Below, piece by piece: positions 47,601 to 62,699 of a stretch of 64,000 nt of DNA (positions within the stretch are counted from its first letter, which is position 1; each line of letters opens with the position of its first letter). Source of the stretch: Girardia tigrina (Eukaryota); assembly GCA_001938485.1 (NCBI GenBank), contig MQRK01180300.1, positions 9,983 to 73,982 on the forward strand, written 5' to 3'. The translations under genes and the position numbers were made by a program. The notes under the pieces were generated by a model. The model ran no database searches and was not told where the DNA came from. It was given only the letters and a program-made list of their open reading frames with translations.

Positions 47601-50600
47601 TTTTTTTGAAAAAACAGTTATTTAAAGCTTTTTCAAGAAATTCATTTTTGAAAATGTTTTGGAATTTCGTATTCTATCATCATCAATTATAATTTAATAT
47701 ATGCGAGTTATAATGTTATAATAGTAATGTTATAATTGCTTATGTCGGAATACAAAATAATCAAAATAATCGGAAAATGTTCAAAAATCAATTTCTTAAA
47801 AAACTTTAACGTCATTGTTTTTCAAATATATATATATATATATATACATTAATATAATTAATATTTATTTTAAATTATTTTTTGATTATTTTATAATATT
47901 TTATAAATACTAATTGAAAACATTTTAAGAAGTATGATGTTCAAAATTCAATTTGAATAAAACCAACTTATTTTTAATGAGCATTTTTCTACATTTTCAT
48001 TTATTTTGTTTGTTAATATATTCGTACTTAACCATCAGGATAATGTACAGACTATTTAGTAAGTGTTAATGTAGTATAGAAAGACAGAGGCAGATTAGTA
48101 AAGCCTATAACAAAATTGCTCTGAAAGAAAATGTCTGTTAAAGATTTTCACGAAAAATAAAAAAATAAAAGCAAAATAAATATTTAATGGCTTGAATGAA
48201 GAGTACGAGAATATTATTTCAGTTGTTTGTTTTAAATAAATTATTTTAAAAATTAAATTTAATATATTCTTAGTTTTATTCATAAAAGAAAAATATTATT
48301 ATATTAATTTTTAATATTTCTAAAACGAAAGCGAATATTGTTATAGTTATTCGATTATAACAAGAATTTCAGTTTAATTTTGACAGATATAAAAAATTAG
48401 TGAATTTAAAAATTGAAATATTTCTGGAGACAGAATAAATCAATTTAATTAATTAATGTAAGGTAATTAAATTAAATTATTTCCTTTGCTAGATAAAGGT
48501 ATTTAATGAGGAAAATATATTTTGTGAAAAATCATTTTTTATATATAAAAAGATAAAAAAATTGAATATTGATTATTATTATAATTGTTTTTATTATAAA
48601 TATAATAATAATTTTTAATATAATAATTATTATTGTATTAAAATGAACTTACAGATGATGTTCGTATAAAACAATCTATAAGCTTATTTCCATATCAAAA
48701 TAGATAAATAAATAAATAAATAAAATTATAAATAACTAAAGTATATTCAGGAATAATAACATCAAAGGAAAGAAATAAAAAAACGAAAGGATGTACAATC
48801 ACAAAACAGGATAATATAAGCCGTAGGAGATTAAAAATAAAGAAAATAATTTACTATTGGAATTCACAAATCGGTAGAGTTATTAGGTAGGTAAAAAATT
48901 GATTAAGGTTAGAATAATTGATATAAGGTCATTTGGGTGTTGAATTAGATGAAGTCTTGTCGGAAATAGACAGTAAATTTCGTTTGTTGGAAACGCATGT
49001 TGTATAATTGTCAGTTTGATAGCAATATGCTTGAGAAATTTAGTTAAGATAAGAATGTTCATATAGATAAACATTTCAGTAATTAAAATTCAGGTAAGTA
49101 TTCGATAATCTTGTTAATAATTCCAATAAATAAGAACATATAATAATTTAATATAAGAACGTATACTAATTTAATATAAAGACGAATATATAATGATTTG
49201 ATATAAATAAGAACACGTAAATAATAATAGAAATTAGAGAATAGTGATTGTAATATAAATAAGAGTACATAAATAATTTGATAAAAATATATAAATAAGT
49301 AATTATAAATTATATATACATATACAAATATTATGATTTGGTACCGAAAGAAAAAGTGGTCATTACAATTATTATTATTACTATTATTATTATTTTTATT
49401 ATTATTATTATTAATATTAGTAGTAGTAGTAATTGTTTTTATAGTTGAATTAGTTGTAAAATTAATTTTATTTATAGGTATTATATAAAAAATGTTTTTA
49501 TTATAAAATAAAATTTTTCAAAAAAACTTTAACATTTTTCTTCAACTTTTTTCTCTTTTTTACTTTGGATTTTTCAATCTGATATAAAATATTTTTCTTG
49601 AAGAGTATTACATTCTAATTTGACATAAAATACTAATAAAAACAAGTTTTTTGATCTGATAAAATTGATTTTTTCTTTCTTTTATCTTGTAAATGTTTTT
49701 CAAGAACAAGTAAAATTCTAATTTAATCATGTGAAAATCTTTTAATACTACATGAAATACAACTGAAAATATGACATAGAAAACAAAAATTCATCTATTA
49801 AAACAAATTATAAAGTATTTTATATAAATTTAATATATTAATAAATATAATAATTGAAATAAAATAATCGCAAATGATATTTTATGCCCATCTTTTTTGA
49901 AACATTCAAAATAAATATTGCTATTTTTTTATAATAAATAATATAAATCTTTACTAGTTAACTTTTTTAAAAGAAAGAAATAAAATTCCACTTTTCTGAC
50001 TGAATTTAGCGATTCTTTGAAAACTTTATAATAAGTAAAATAGAATATTAATCGAATAACTATATATTTTAAAATGCATTAATTTTTTTTTATTTTTGAT
50101 TTATTTACTTTTTTTATGTGAAATGTTTCTTGCATAATTATGATTATAAAAATGAAATTAAACTAAAACAATATTAAATATTATAATATTAAAAAGATTT
50201 AACGATGTTTTTTTAAACACTTACAAAATTAAAAAGTAAATATTTTTTTTCATCATTATTAATACTTAATTCATAAAAGCCTAGTACTACTCATGATAGA
50301 AAAATAGCAAAGTAATGAAAATTAGTGCATTTAACAATCAATAAATAGTAGCTATTAATGTAGAAAAATTACTTTTATATGTGTCCGCGGTCAATCCCTA
50401 GTAAATTTCTCCAGGGTAATGCTAGTTCATCAAATGGTTTCATGAATGATTTGTGGTTTTTCTTGATGAACTCGTAATTAACCAACCTGTTGACTTACAT
50501 AGTTAAAATGGTTAAATGCATCCGACACTTGTAATTTAAAAGATACTTAAGTAAAACAAATAATTAAAATATGGGAAACCGCAGTTTTAAATAGCTTAAA

Positions 50601-50724
50601 TGGGTACATTAATGTCATGTGAAAGAGTATTGTTAAACTAGTGGGTTTCGTTTCATTCTAGTCATTTTTTCTGTATTTTTAATACTGCTGCATCCACGGA
50701 ATATTTCTTACATTGTCTAAACCC

Positions 50725-50774
<50 letters not shown>

Positions 50775-52334
50775 TTATTTTATAATTTGTTTTATTTCAT
50801 TTCTCCATTTAGATTAACTAATTAATTCTAGTTTTATACTTAAATAACAAAAATAAAAATTTATTATACTTTAAGGAAAATTTTAGGATCCTCATTATTC
50901 TAGAAACACGAACAGAAATTCTAGAAATAACAGTGGTAAGAAACCAAAATAGAGAGTAAGAACTTTTTCGTCGATGCCGATATTTCGCCAGTGACAAATT
51001 TTAAATAAATTTGATATATTTTTTACTACGAAATTCTTATTTCCTAATGCATCTTTATGATATTGCAATTTTCCAAAATGTAACTGTCGTATACGAATGA
51101 TGCCCACGAAAATCTGTGAAGCTGATTTTAATGTAACAAAAGGAGCTGTTGAAAACAATAATTTAAATCAGTTATATAGTTAAAAATTATAAATCCTTGC
51201 AGCTAGGTTTACAGATATTTATTATTTCTACTCTTCAAAAATTACTTTAAATAATACTTAAACATTATATAAATTAAATTTTCATTATTAGATAAGTAAT
51301 ACAATTTTTTAGAATTTTTTTATTTTAATAATTTTATTTTAAAGAGAGAAATGATAATTTTCACATTTTATAAAAAATAATTAAATGTTTTAGAGTATAA
51401 ATATTAATTACGTTTACCATTTTGAAAATAATTTTTCAACAAATTTTCAGAAACTTTTTGGTAACAATGAAAATCATTTTAATTAAACGTAACAGACATA
51501 TGGATAAGGATTTCCTTTTTATTTTCATACAATAATTTTTTATCATAACTCAAATAAATTAAAAGCCTTTAAAATAAGACACAAATAAAAATAAAAATAA
51601 TCAAATTTAAATTGAAAAGAAAAAAAACTTCATGAAACAAAAGATTAAAGATTTTCCTATTTTGAAGAAGTCTACAATTTAAAAAAAGAAAAAATTAGAA
51701 AAATATGAAAAAAATGAAATAGAAAGAAATTTATAGTTAAATGCTTTTAAATTTAATATATAAAAAGAAACATAAATAAATGTTAAAAAATCTTTAATTT
51801 GAGTGTGTTATTTTTATTTCTACAAATTTTTAATTTTATATTAAAATAATCAAATAAATCTTGTAAAATCATCAGTATTTGTGGAACACATCATGAAACA
51901 TTAATTCATAATCTTCAGTAACTCATTTCTTCAAAATTAAGTTAAAATATTTTCGAAATGTTTGAGTCACAATGAATAAATTAGATAAAAATCTATTTAA
52001 GATACTCCAAAATATGGATGAAAATAACTCTGTAGATAAAAATTTGATAAGCTCAAAACGTTTTTATGCCCCACAATGAAATAGACGGAATATATAAATA
52101 ACAATTTACTGTGGACATGTCGTGCCCCTGCTAATCATTATCAAACATATTTCAGACATGATTTATAATGATGACTAACAAAGTGAAGTTTTTTATCTTT
52201 TTATGGTTTGTATAATAAGTTGTAAGGAAAGTAGAAAAAATATTTTATTATTACAATTTGAAAACCAATCATTTGATTGAATAAATCAAACATACTTTGA
52301 ATTTTGCAAGAATAATATAAATCATTTTATGAAA

Positions 52335-52410
52335 CAAGATTAATTATACAGATTAGTGGTTTCTAACCTTTTTATGTCCCTAACCTTTTTTAATTGATGA
52401 CCCCATCTAG
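52335..52410 (+). mobile_element. Degenerate hAT (Charlie-type) terminus
   Basis: TAGTGGTTTCTAACCTTTTT resembles CAGTGGTTCCCAACCTTTTT. Confidence 0.4.
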
Positions 52411-52498
52411 TTTTGCGTGTCGCAAGTTACTCAATTAAAGTAAACCAAATTAAATTAAATTGATGCTGCCCTTTTATATCTGATTTAGTCGTTCGATT

Positions 52499-52650
52499 CA
52501 GTGTTTTCGTCGAGTCACTATTTTCTCCACTCGAGTCGAATCGAGTCGCTAAAATTTTTTACGAGTCACGAGTCGAGTTGAGTCACTTGACATATTTTAC
52601 GAGTCGAGTCAATTGACATATTTTATGAGTCGAGTCTCTAAAACGAGTCT
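52499..52650 (+). repeat. GAGTC subterminal repeat array after CAGTGTT; probable DNA transposon end
   Basis: About a dozen (C)GAGTC units in ~150 bp. Confidence 0.6.
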
Positions 52651-53929
52651 CTTTGATAAGAGACCACAACTCCGTAATTAATCTTTGAAATTTGCAAAAT
52701 GTAACCGCCTTCAAACTTAACATATTTAATTAAATAACAAAATATCATTACAAACCAAAAATATTTTAATTTATTTTATTTTGTTATTATTTCATTATCA
52801 TTTTATATTTTGTATTTTAATTCATTTCTTTTAAATTATATTTGCTAATGAAATATTTCTTTTGAATGTTTTTTTCGAAAATTCTTTAATTTAATTATTG
52901 CCCTAATTAATTTTAAAATAGATTTCTCAAAATTTAATTATATAGATATCTGAGAATAAATATATAATATAATAAGTTAAATGAGGAAAGATATAGTAAA
53001 ATAAAAAATAGGATATATATGTCAAATGGAGAATGTTCGTTTTAATTAACCGGAAATGTTAAACAATCAATTGTTTAATGGAAAACATATTTTATGACAA
53101 ATATACATAAAAGAAAACACTTGAAAAATCAATAAAAACATTCAAAAATGATTTAAAATTCCTTCATCAAAAATATTTCCTCGAGATTTATATCAAACTG
53201 AATCCTTTCAAGTAGGGTTGAAGTAAATTACAAGAGTCAAGAGAAACAAAAAAAGCAATTCATTTACTTAACAGTCAATTGATTTTGAAGTTTTATTTGC
53301 CCAATACAACAGTTTATTTTCCATTGAAAAATTTATTTTCCTCTTTAAAATAAAAAGATTAACCTATAATTTTTTTTAAAAAAAATAAGAAAATAACTCT
53401 AAAAAGTCAATGGATTTTGATTGTTTATAAAAAATATAGAAGTGGTTTGTACTTGTTTTCAGAATTCAGAAAAATATCATTTTTTGAAAAAAGTGTATTC
53501 TTTTTTGGAAGTTGATAAAAGGTTCATTTTTTTGTATTTTTTATAATTTATTTAGATTTTTTTTAAATAAATACAGCATAATTAGAATTTATTTTTGTCA
53601 GACTGTTTAAAATAAAATCTATAATGATTTTATATTTTTTGACTATTTAATTCAATAGTAAAACAATTTTAAAAACAGAAAGTGAAGTCTTTTGAGTAAT
53701 GAAATAATAAATAATTTCCTCTGAAAAGATTTCTGTGTAATAAATAATATAAAATACTAAAAAATTGTTTGCACGTCACGCTCAAAGATCTACTACTTGC
53801 AATTGTAAGTAAACTATTATATATTTAATTATATTATTATTAAAATTAAATAAATAGAAAGATCAAATGTTGTACATCAAACATAAAAATAAAGATTGTA
53901 ACAATTTAGTTTTAAATTGAAAATTATTG

Positions 53930-54395
53930 AATACTATTAATTATTTGACTAATTATTTTTGTTTATTTGTTGGCCTGTCTATCACGATCAAAGTTTACTA
54001 TGATCAACTTTTTTTACTACTAAACAATAAATTTTTTTCTTAACTGCCAAATACATTCATTCATGCTTGCATCAGCTGTCTTTATTGTTCATGGGCAAAG
54101 GTACTTCCTTTGCTGGAAGTTAGTTCCTACGTCGGAAATAGGTACTTCCTTTGCTGGAAGCCAGTTGCGACAATTGAAACAGTCACTTTCAGAAACAAAA
54201 TTTATTTGTAAATGAAGAGTAATTGATACAGATATTTCAAGTGTACTAATGTACAATCTCCGAATTTACATTTTTTTAGTGAAAAAAAAGCAAAATCAAT
54301 TGAATTTTTTAAAGTTAAGTGTTTTAAAAATTAAAGGATTTTCTAGATTTTTAAGTTTTCTTTCACGGGCGACTTGCCGCCTACAAAATTTCTAG
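53930..54395 (+). mobile_element. Nonautonomous Helitron-like element
   Basis: GC hairpin GGCGACTTGCCGCC ~10 nt before CTAG|T (54392-54396); internal 21-bp direct repeat AGGTACTTCCTTTGCTGGAAG (54099, 54140). The 5' end is uncertain. Confidence 0.5.
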
Positions 54396-55534
54396 TAAAA
54401 GCATAATTGGTTTAATCATCAGTTGCTCTAGTTCAACTTTTGTTAGTCATAAATTAGTGACATATCTAGGGAAACGCCACAATCAACTAAATATTTGCAA
54501 TCAAAATGCTTTTTCATGATTATGCATTTTAGCCATCATTGTATGTCACTTATAATTAATATCAGTTTAACGCAGACTTCTTGTTCGGAATTCAAATTCG
54601 AATTATTATTATATCGTTTTTATTTTAATTTATATTTGAATCCTTATCATCTTACTAATGAAAATCAAATTTTCAATTTGCGTAATTAATCAATCAAACT
54701 TAATGAAAATCCCTGATAATTTTTATTGCTGTGATTCGCTTCGGCTTGCATTATATAGATAAAATAGTGATATAAGATAAATAGTAATTAATTAAAAAGA
54801 ATAAAAAACAATAAAAGAAATTATAATTTAAAAAATTAACTAAAATTTAAATTAGAAATTGAGAGAAAAAGATGGTAATTATTTAAAAATGAGCAGACGT
54901 TTTTTTGTTTTGAACAATTATGACTCATCGAGTCACATTTTTGTTTGAGATCGTCAAACAGACGTCAATGTAAGCTGATATGTTAAAGAGCCAGATAAGA
55001 GTGAGAGATAGAAATAATGAAATACTCGCTCTGATTGGCTACCCAATCAGATTGAGTTACTGGCTCAAGTGAAATTCATTTTGTTTCACTTTTTCAATTT
55101 AATCGATTAAGCTACAAGTTTTCAAATTATTTATCGATTTTATGAATTGTAATTGTCTCTGAACGAAATTATTTTTTCTAAGAAAATTTCTTAGAATTCT
55201 TGCTGAATCATTTTTTATGAATTTTCTTTGTTTGTTTTTGTTATTAAACCACAGTTTTGTTTTAAAAAAATATTTGTTAAAAAGTAGTTGTTTTAATAAG
55301 TAATTAATGAGTAAAAAGGTATTCTTTGTAACTGTAACAGAACATAATGACAAATTCTTACGCATAAATTGTATAATTTTCATTTTATGCTTTGTAAATT
55401 TGTATCATTTTTAAATAATGAATGCATAGAATTTTCGGATCTTATTTTTACTATTCATTTGCGAACTATCTTTAGACTTTTTTTTGATTATGAAAAGTTA
55501 TGTAACTATTTTTGTGATTAACCCCTTTAATATA

Positions 55535-56784
55535 TTGCGTTGAGTCATAAATAACTGCCATTTTTTACATTTATTTTTCAATCACATAAAAATAAAAACT
55601 ATGTACTCTCCATTATTTATTATGACCTGTTCCCATCTTGTTCTCAACTTATTGATTCCTTCCTCGTAAAACTTGACCGGTTTGGAGTGATAGAAGCACA
55701 GGACAGCTAAATTCTGGTTGGAATGCCTGGTCTGAATCAAAATAATTTTCAACTTAAAATTCTGTAAGGAGCAGAAAAGATGATAATCTTTCGAAACAAG
55801 GTCAGGTGAGTATGTTGGATTAGGTAAAATACACCAGTCAGCGTTGACAATTTTTTCTTGAGTCAACCTCGCTGTATCTGGTCTTACATTATCGTGCAGT
55901 AGAATCACGTTTTTACGGTTGACGAGTGCAGGGCGCGTCTCCAAAAGGTTTTTGTGTACTCTTTGCAGTTGTTGAACATACACATCTGCAGTAACCATTT
56001 CATTCCTGTTTAAGAACTCTTAGTTAATATTCCCTTGGCGATCCCACTAAACACACAACAAAACTTTTTTCCAATGAATGTTCGCTTTAGGATCATGTAG
56101 AGGTAGTTGGCCTTTATCAAGCCACTGCCTTTTACGGACGATGTTCTTGTAAGTGACGCATTTTTAATCACCTGTGAAAATATTCTTCAAAAAAGATTCA
56201 TTTTTTTTTCTCTTGAGAGGAGACATGTGACAATCGACATCCTATTCGCTTTATTGTGTTCACTCAGATTATGGGGTACCCATTGTCCCAGTTTGCTTAC
56301 TTTCCCCAATTTCTCTAGTTGGCGGCAAACAGGTGATTGTGACGTATTAAACTTCTCTGCTAACTCTCTCGTTGTTTGGCGTGGAATTTGTTCCAATATT
56401 GACTTCAAAATATCGTCATCAAAGTCTGAAAGGCGACCCCCTCTTGGTTCGTCTTTCAAGGTCACATCTCCAGAACGGAATTTGACTAAGCAATTTCTTA
56501 CTGCCCGATGGGTTATCACTCCCTCAGCATACACACTGCATATTTTTGCCTTGTTTAAATTCCAAAGTATAACATGGCGCAAGAGTACTTTTTGATTATC
56601 CATTTAGATGGTTAAGAAAAAATCAACTTAACGCGCACACTGCTAGACAGCTGTCTAAAGACTAACTAAAGGCCGATCTGCGTAGCGAAATCAAAAATCC
56701 CGTCTTTCGGTAACCCATTGTATGTGTAAACAATAAAAATAGACACCGTGTACCTGGGCGGAATTTATTTAGGACTCAACCTAT
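55535..56784 (-). mobile_element. Mariner element, decayed transposase
   Basis: TA-flanked TIRs sharing GTTGAGTC(A/C)TAAATAA; KFRSGDVTLKDEPRGGR, WVPHNL, LLHDN, PTYSPDLVSKDYHLF. Confidence 0.93.
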
Positions 56785-59051
56785 TATTATGTCAAATATT
56801 TCCTTCATGATCAAAGTCAATGCAAAATAAGAATGACGAATATAAATTCTATGAAATATATACTTTTTTAAACTGAATTTTAGTGTATTTATCGAATACG
56901 TTAGTTTGCATATCTATTAAGCATTTAATGCTAATTAATGAGTCACGACAACCAACTTTTCCTAGTTTTCTTTCATAAAGATTATTTATATATACATATT
57001 AGTTTGCATTGTTTATTTTTCTAGAGTAGCAATTTATTTTAAGTAAAAACTTCTTCCAAATACAGTACACTCTTGTCTTCTGAGATATAAACGCTGTAGA
57101 GGTTACAATTTATTTGTAAAACGCTTAGTATGATCCCTGGGACTTACAAAGCCAACATGCAATATTCTTTTAATTATTTGAGGACTTTAAAGAATAATTT
57201 GATTCTATTTAGGATTTTTATAAGTTGATTTTTATTGGAAACTCATATTCGCCTCAGTTTTACAAATGAAAAATAAAAATATATTTTTAATAATTATAAA
57301 TTTGTGAAATCAAATGTTATACGTAACGATTTTTTTTCAAATAGACATAATTTTTAAAGCACATTTTTAAACGTAAAAAATATTTGATTTATTTATATTA
57401 TTAATGTATTAATAAAGATTGAATTTATGATAATCCGTTATTTAGGTCTTAATATTTTTGTTATTAAGTACAAATCGTAACTAAAGTGAAGAAAAAATAT
57501 TTTACTGAGTTACATCGTTGAAGAGAAATGAGAACCCTTTTGTAACGTTTTTATTTCTTCTAAACATGTAATAATCGAAGGAGTAATTATAAAAACGTAA
57601 ATCAGGGTAACATTTTTTCAATTATTTTTTTCACAATTTTGTTACAAATAATCTGAAATTATTTACCTAAATAAATCTTTCAAGCGTAAAATTAAAAGCA
57701 AACGTATTATATTAATCATACTTTTTTATAAAAAATATCAGGTTGTTTGTTAATTATTTTATTGACCATAAAACTTTTACTTAACCCATACAATCACTAA
57801 TAATATGGCATAATTTCTTAATTAAAACACTTTTAATTATCAAAACTTATTTCAAAGAAACCTCAACACTATGCTTCACATAAAATAAAACGGTACAAAA
57901 TAGAACTATATTTTTTATCATAAAATGATTAAGCAACGACAGACCGGCTTATCGCCGACTTAGTGCTTTAATACCTTAATATACTTGACCGGAGGTTCTA
58001 TAAAATTTTTGAAAATACAATTAATATTCGTAACTGAATAATTAAATTTTAACAAAAGAACGTTTTAATACTATTTTTGTAGTATCCTGATTTTGTTATG
58101 ATTTTACACATATGAAATAATTTTCTTTCGTAAAATATTATATAAAATATAGAAATTAAGAAAATATTGTTTAAGAAAGATATGAAATATGTATATTTAT
58201 TTTTACGGAAAAAATAAAATGTTGTTTTAATTGAGAAAGACAATAGAGTCAAAATAGCGGAAGAGAAACCCATATTAATTATGACATCAATTATACATTA
58301 AACATTCCTAAATACATTCTTTTATATCCTACGGATGTTATTAATGTGACTTATAAAACCTATTTGTTGAAATTAGGATTATTTATATTCTCAACAATTA
58401 TTTTCTTCTTAATTATTTTCAGTGTTAACTGTAACAGTAATATTTAATGTAATTGTAAATTATGAGTGTAATTAATCATCACTTTATACTAATTTATATA
58501 TTGTTGTATAAATAAAAAATATATTAATAATAATCGAAAAACTTTTAATAAGATCAATGGATCCCAATATCAATATTTAAGTCTCACAATCCACCTCTTT
58601 CCACATCTTTCAAATACAAGGAGCTTTTTTAAATCTTACATGAATTATATCTTAATCAATAGATTGAATAATATTTAGAACATCTACTGATTTCTAACTG
58701 TACTAAACTAAGTATTAATAAGACCGATAAAATAAGTACGTTTTCACCAAAACGGGAAAGTGCTGAGCTGAAGTTTCTAGATTAAATTTCAGTTAAAAAT
58801 CTAGAGCCGGATAGACGCAAAGACGTTGTTTAATTCCACATAATTTTTCAGCCAAGATCGGCACAAACAGATTTCTATTTGTTCCACTATTTAAAACTTT
58901 TACTTCGTTAAAATACTTTTAACTCAAAGAACTCATGAACTTAGGAACAGTGTTTCATTTTACTTTAAGTCACTACAACCTGAACAATTCAAGACTGTAT
59001 TTTTTGAACTTCGTAAAAGATGTTTACATAATTATTCTCTTATGGTTTTTT

Positions 59052-59097
<46 letters not shown>

Positions 59098-60580
59098 TGT
59101 GTTTCGTTAACGGTCATTTGATATTTTCAAAAAATATTGTTGTTAAAGCTTTTTTAAGAATTGAATCGGTCTTACTTTGAACCTTTTGAATATTAATGAA
59201 GTTGTTATTGTGTCTTATTATTAATGATTCACAAAAATGCTTTTATAAATGTGAATTCAAGTCCTATTTAATATTTAGAAAAATGCCAAGAAAAGGAAGT
59301 TTGTTATTTACTTCCGATTCTGTACTAAATTTAATATTAATATTGTTAGGAATTTAAAAATTTTTGAATTTAAAAAAATGTTAAATATTTTAAAATGATT
59401 ATTCATTTAATTTTATAATTGTACGATTTAAAATATTTCATTAAATTAGAGATTAAAAATTATTATTGACAACATTTACAAAAGCTATAAATTAAATAAA
59501 TAAATATTATTTAAAAAATAGATTTTAAAATAATATATTAAATACTTTCAAGATGAAACTAAGGATAAGATATTGAAAATGTTTAAACAGAATTAAAAGT
59601 TTTACAAATTAAATACAAAATAAAAATGAAGTAGATTCATGAATGTATAAAATTAAAATATTAAAACAAATTTTATCTTAAATATAAAAATATTATAAAA
59701 TACATTTTTAAAATAGATTTAAAAAAGATTTGAAGTTTAATTATACAATTTAAGAAATTAAAAGCGTGAAAATTAATTTTAAAATTATACATAATCTAAT
59801 TTTAAATAATTAAAATTTATATCGATATTTATATTCAACAATTTTTAAATATGGTTTGTGGAATAATAAGAAAACATCGTTCTTCATAAATAATTGCTTC
59901 AAAGCTCAATTAAAAATAAAATTTAAAATAATCAAATAATCATAAAAATTAAAATAAAATTTTTTTAATTAAAATTATTTTCTGCAAATTACATCATTAT
60001 GCTCGATTAATAATTAATAATTCTTATCCGAAGATCACTCCAAATAAAATATCATATTTCCTTTGGCAAAAAGAAAACTATTGAAAATCTATTTGTAGAT
60101 TAAGTAGCTCAATTTTGTTCCGAAATCCTCCAAACATAAATAATAAATGTTTATTAAGATTAGTTAACAGATTGGGGAAATCATTTCGTTTTAATTTTTT
60201 TTTACGTTTTTTTAGATATTATTTGAATATTGCTAAAAATAATTATCTTTTAAAATTTCTATTCTTCAGAATTAATTATTTGTTTTAATATAAAAAAATA
60301 TTATTTTGTTAAAAAAATTTTTTTAATAGTAATATATTTAATATATTTAAGTTTTTTAAAGTTTTTTTTGATGTTGAAAATATTTTTAACAAAGTCAATA
60401 TTTTAGAGAATATTATTAGATTGTAAATTTTTTAAATATTTTTTTATTTATTTTTCAATTGGTTATGTATCAATCTTTTTGCATTTAGTAATGAATAGTT
60501 TTTTGTATATAAGGTATATGTTTTACTTATATATATCATAAATATTATTAAGATCATACAAACATACTCTAGACAATATA

Positions 60581-61845
60581 TTGGATCGTCAAATGTGAAA
60601 TTTGTAGGTCTAAAGTCAAAATTTATTGATAATTTTCTAATACAAATATTTATGTCATTCATCAAAATATACACCCAGATTATTGACACATTTTTGACAT
60701 TTGAGTGGCAGCTTGTTGATACCGTTTGAATAGACATTTGGTTAGTAAGAATCCATAGATTTCTGGAAAGACATTTTTACAGTATCTTTGAAATTGAATT
60801 TTTTTCCTAACAAAAAGTCGTTGAAATTGAGAAAGAAATGGTATTCAGTTAAGGCTAGCTCTTGTTTGTATGGAAGATGATGTGGAATTTTCAACTCGAG
60901 TTCCTGTAGTTTTATCACAGTCTTAAGTGCATTATGTAGTTTTGTATTGTCGAGGAGTAAGAAGGGATTCGATCTGTTTACAAAGCGTGGTTGTTTTTTC
61001 TAAAACATTTCACATTAACTTTTTCAATTGGTTGCAGTAGACATAAACTGTAATCGACGAGCTAAGTTTCATGAAGTCACAATCGATTATACATACGTCA
61101 GACTACCGATCACTCATCATTAGCTTCTTTTGATAAATTTTGTGCTTTACACTGTGTTTTTGTGCTTCATTCGTGCCAAACAAGCTTCTAGAATGTTTGC
61201 ATTTATTATTTTGGATTGACTTTTCCTCACAAAGTACTATTCATTTCAAAAAGGGATGACATTTTAAAGGACAAAGCATCATTAGGTAATAATCCAAACG
61301 CTTTTGTTTCTGCTTTTCAACTCACTTACCTTACTTTTTTACTTTACAATTTTAGCCAAGTGATTTAATATTGTTTGCTTTGTAACAGAATACTTTAGCT
61401 ATTAATCATGAGCCATTTGTGATGATACAGACTCCATGGGTGTCTGCGGTTCGTCATTGTCCACCTGCGTTCCTGGACGACCCGATACTCAATATTGAGG
61501 ATAAAATTACCTTCCAAAAGTTTTCTTAACCAAATTGAGATTGTCTTCTACATAGTAGCATTGTATCGAAATACACTATTTATATTTGCATGATTTCGGA
61601 TGCTGAGGTTCAATGTTGAAGCTCATACTTAATAATTCAAAATTTCAACCATTTTAATTTTTAAAAAACTGATTTTTTTAACAAGTTGTCAATAATTTCA
61701 ATTAATTTTTATTGATATGGTCAATAGTCAAGATATGTAGCAATCAAACAAAAAAACTGAACATAAAAATTTTAAGTAATTGTCAAATTAAAACTATTTG
61801 AATTTATTGTAATCATGTCTACAAATTTCATACTTGACAACCTAA
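60581..61845 (-). mobile_element. Mariner (cecropia-like), heavily decayed
   Basis: TA-flanked TIRs TTGGATCGTCAAATGTGAAATTTGTAG / TTAGGTTGTCAAGTATGAAATTTGTAG; NINSVF, GRPGTQVDNDE, HLPYKQELALTEYHFF, GINKLPLKCQKCVNNLGVYFD. Confidence 0.85.
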
Positions 61846-62699
61846 TAACATATTATTATCAGCAACTTGTTTATTATATAATTATATTTATCTTTTTTGG
61901 ACCTTCAGCGTTTAGTCGTGGATGCACCCAATTACGCCCTCTTTATTCCTCTCTATCTTCAGCTCAATTCACAAACATTCTATATTTCATCTGCCCCCTT
62001 GTTTTAATTTTCTTCCGATTGTCTCTATGGTCTTTTACTTTGTCTTTTTTCTTTAAATCTTTGTTTAATCGTTACTTTAACCTTTGCTAGTACTTGTTTT
62101 TATCTGCTGTATATATAATTTAACTTTCTTTCTTTGATGGTATCTTCAATGGTATTTATATCAATCTCTTCCAGACAAAGTCTTTCATATCTTTTCTTTT
62201 TAAGTCATCTGTAATTCTTCATTTTAAACGCTTTAAGTTTACCTATGCTCTTCTGATTTAGTGTCTAATACTTAGATTTAAAGATAAGTTTTACAAAGAC
62301 AATAGCCTTAGTGATTTTTATTCTACTTTTATCTTTAAGAGACTAACTCATTATTGCTTATAAGGGCTATTTTAGGTTGCATTGACCAATATATTTACAC
62401 GAAATAAATAAGTTAACACAATTTCAATTAGTTAAGCAACTAATAAGATGTGTTTGAGAATAATGTCTAACCAGAGATATAAATACATGATAAATAGCAT
62501 AAACTAATTTCATAGAAAGTTAATGATTTTAAATAATCTTCGTTAAGGAATTGGACTAGGAAAGATTTTGACTTAAATGGTTATATTAATATATATTGCT
62601 AATTTTGAATAATTTCCGAATTCATGAAATAGTCAATTCTTTGCTGAATCAATGAAATAGGTAAATAACTAATTTAAAATTTTAAAAACATTTTGAAGG

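Noticed and set aside
50396-50425. Helitron-like 3' hairpin plus CTAGT
   Set aside because: Imperfect hairpin and no identifiable 5' end.
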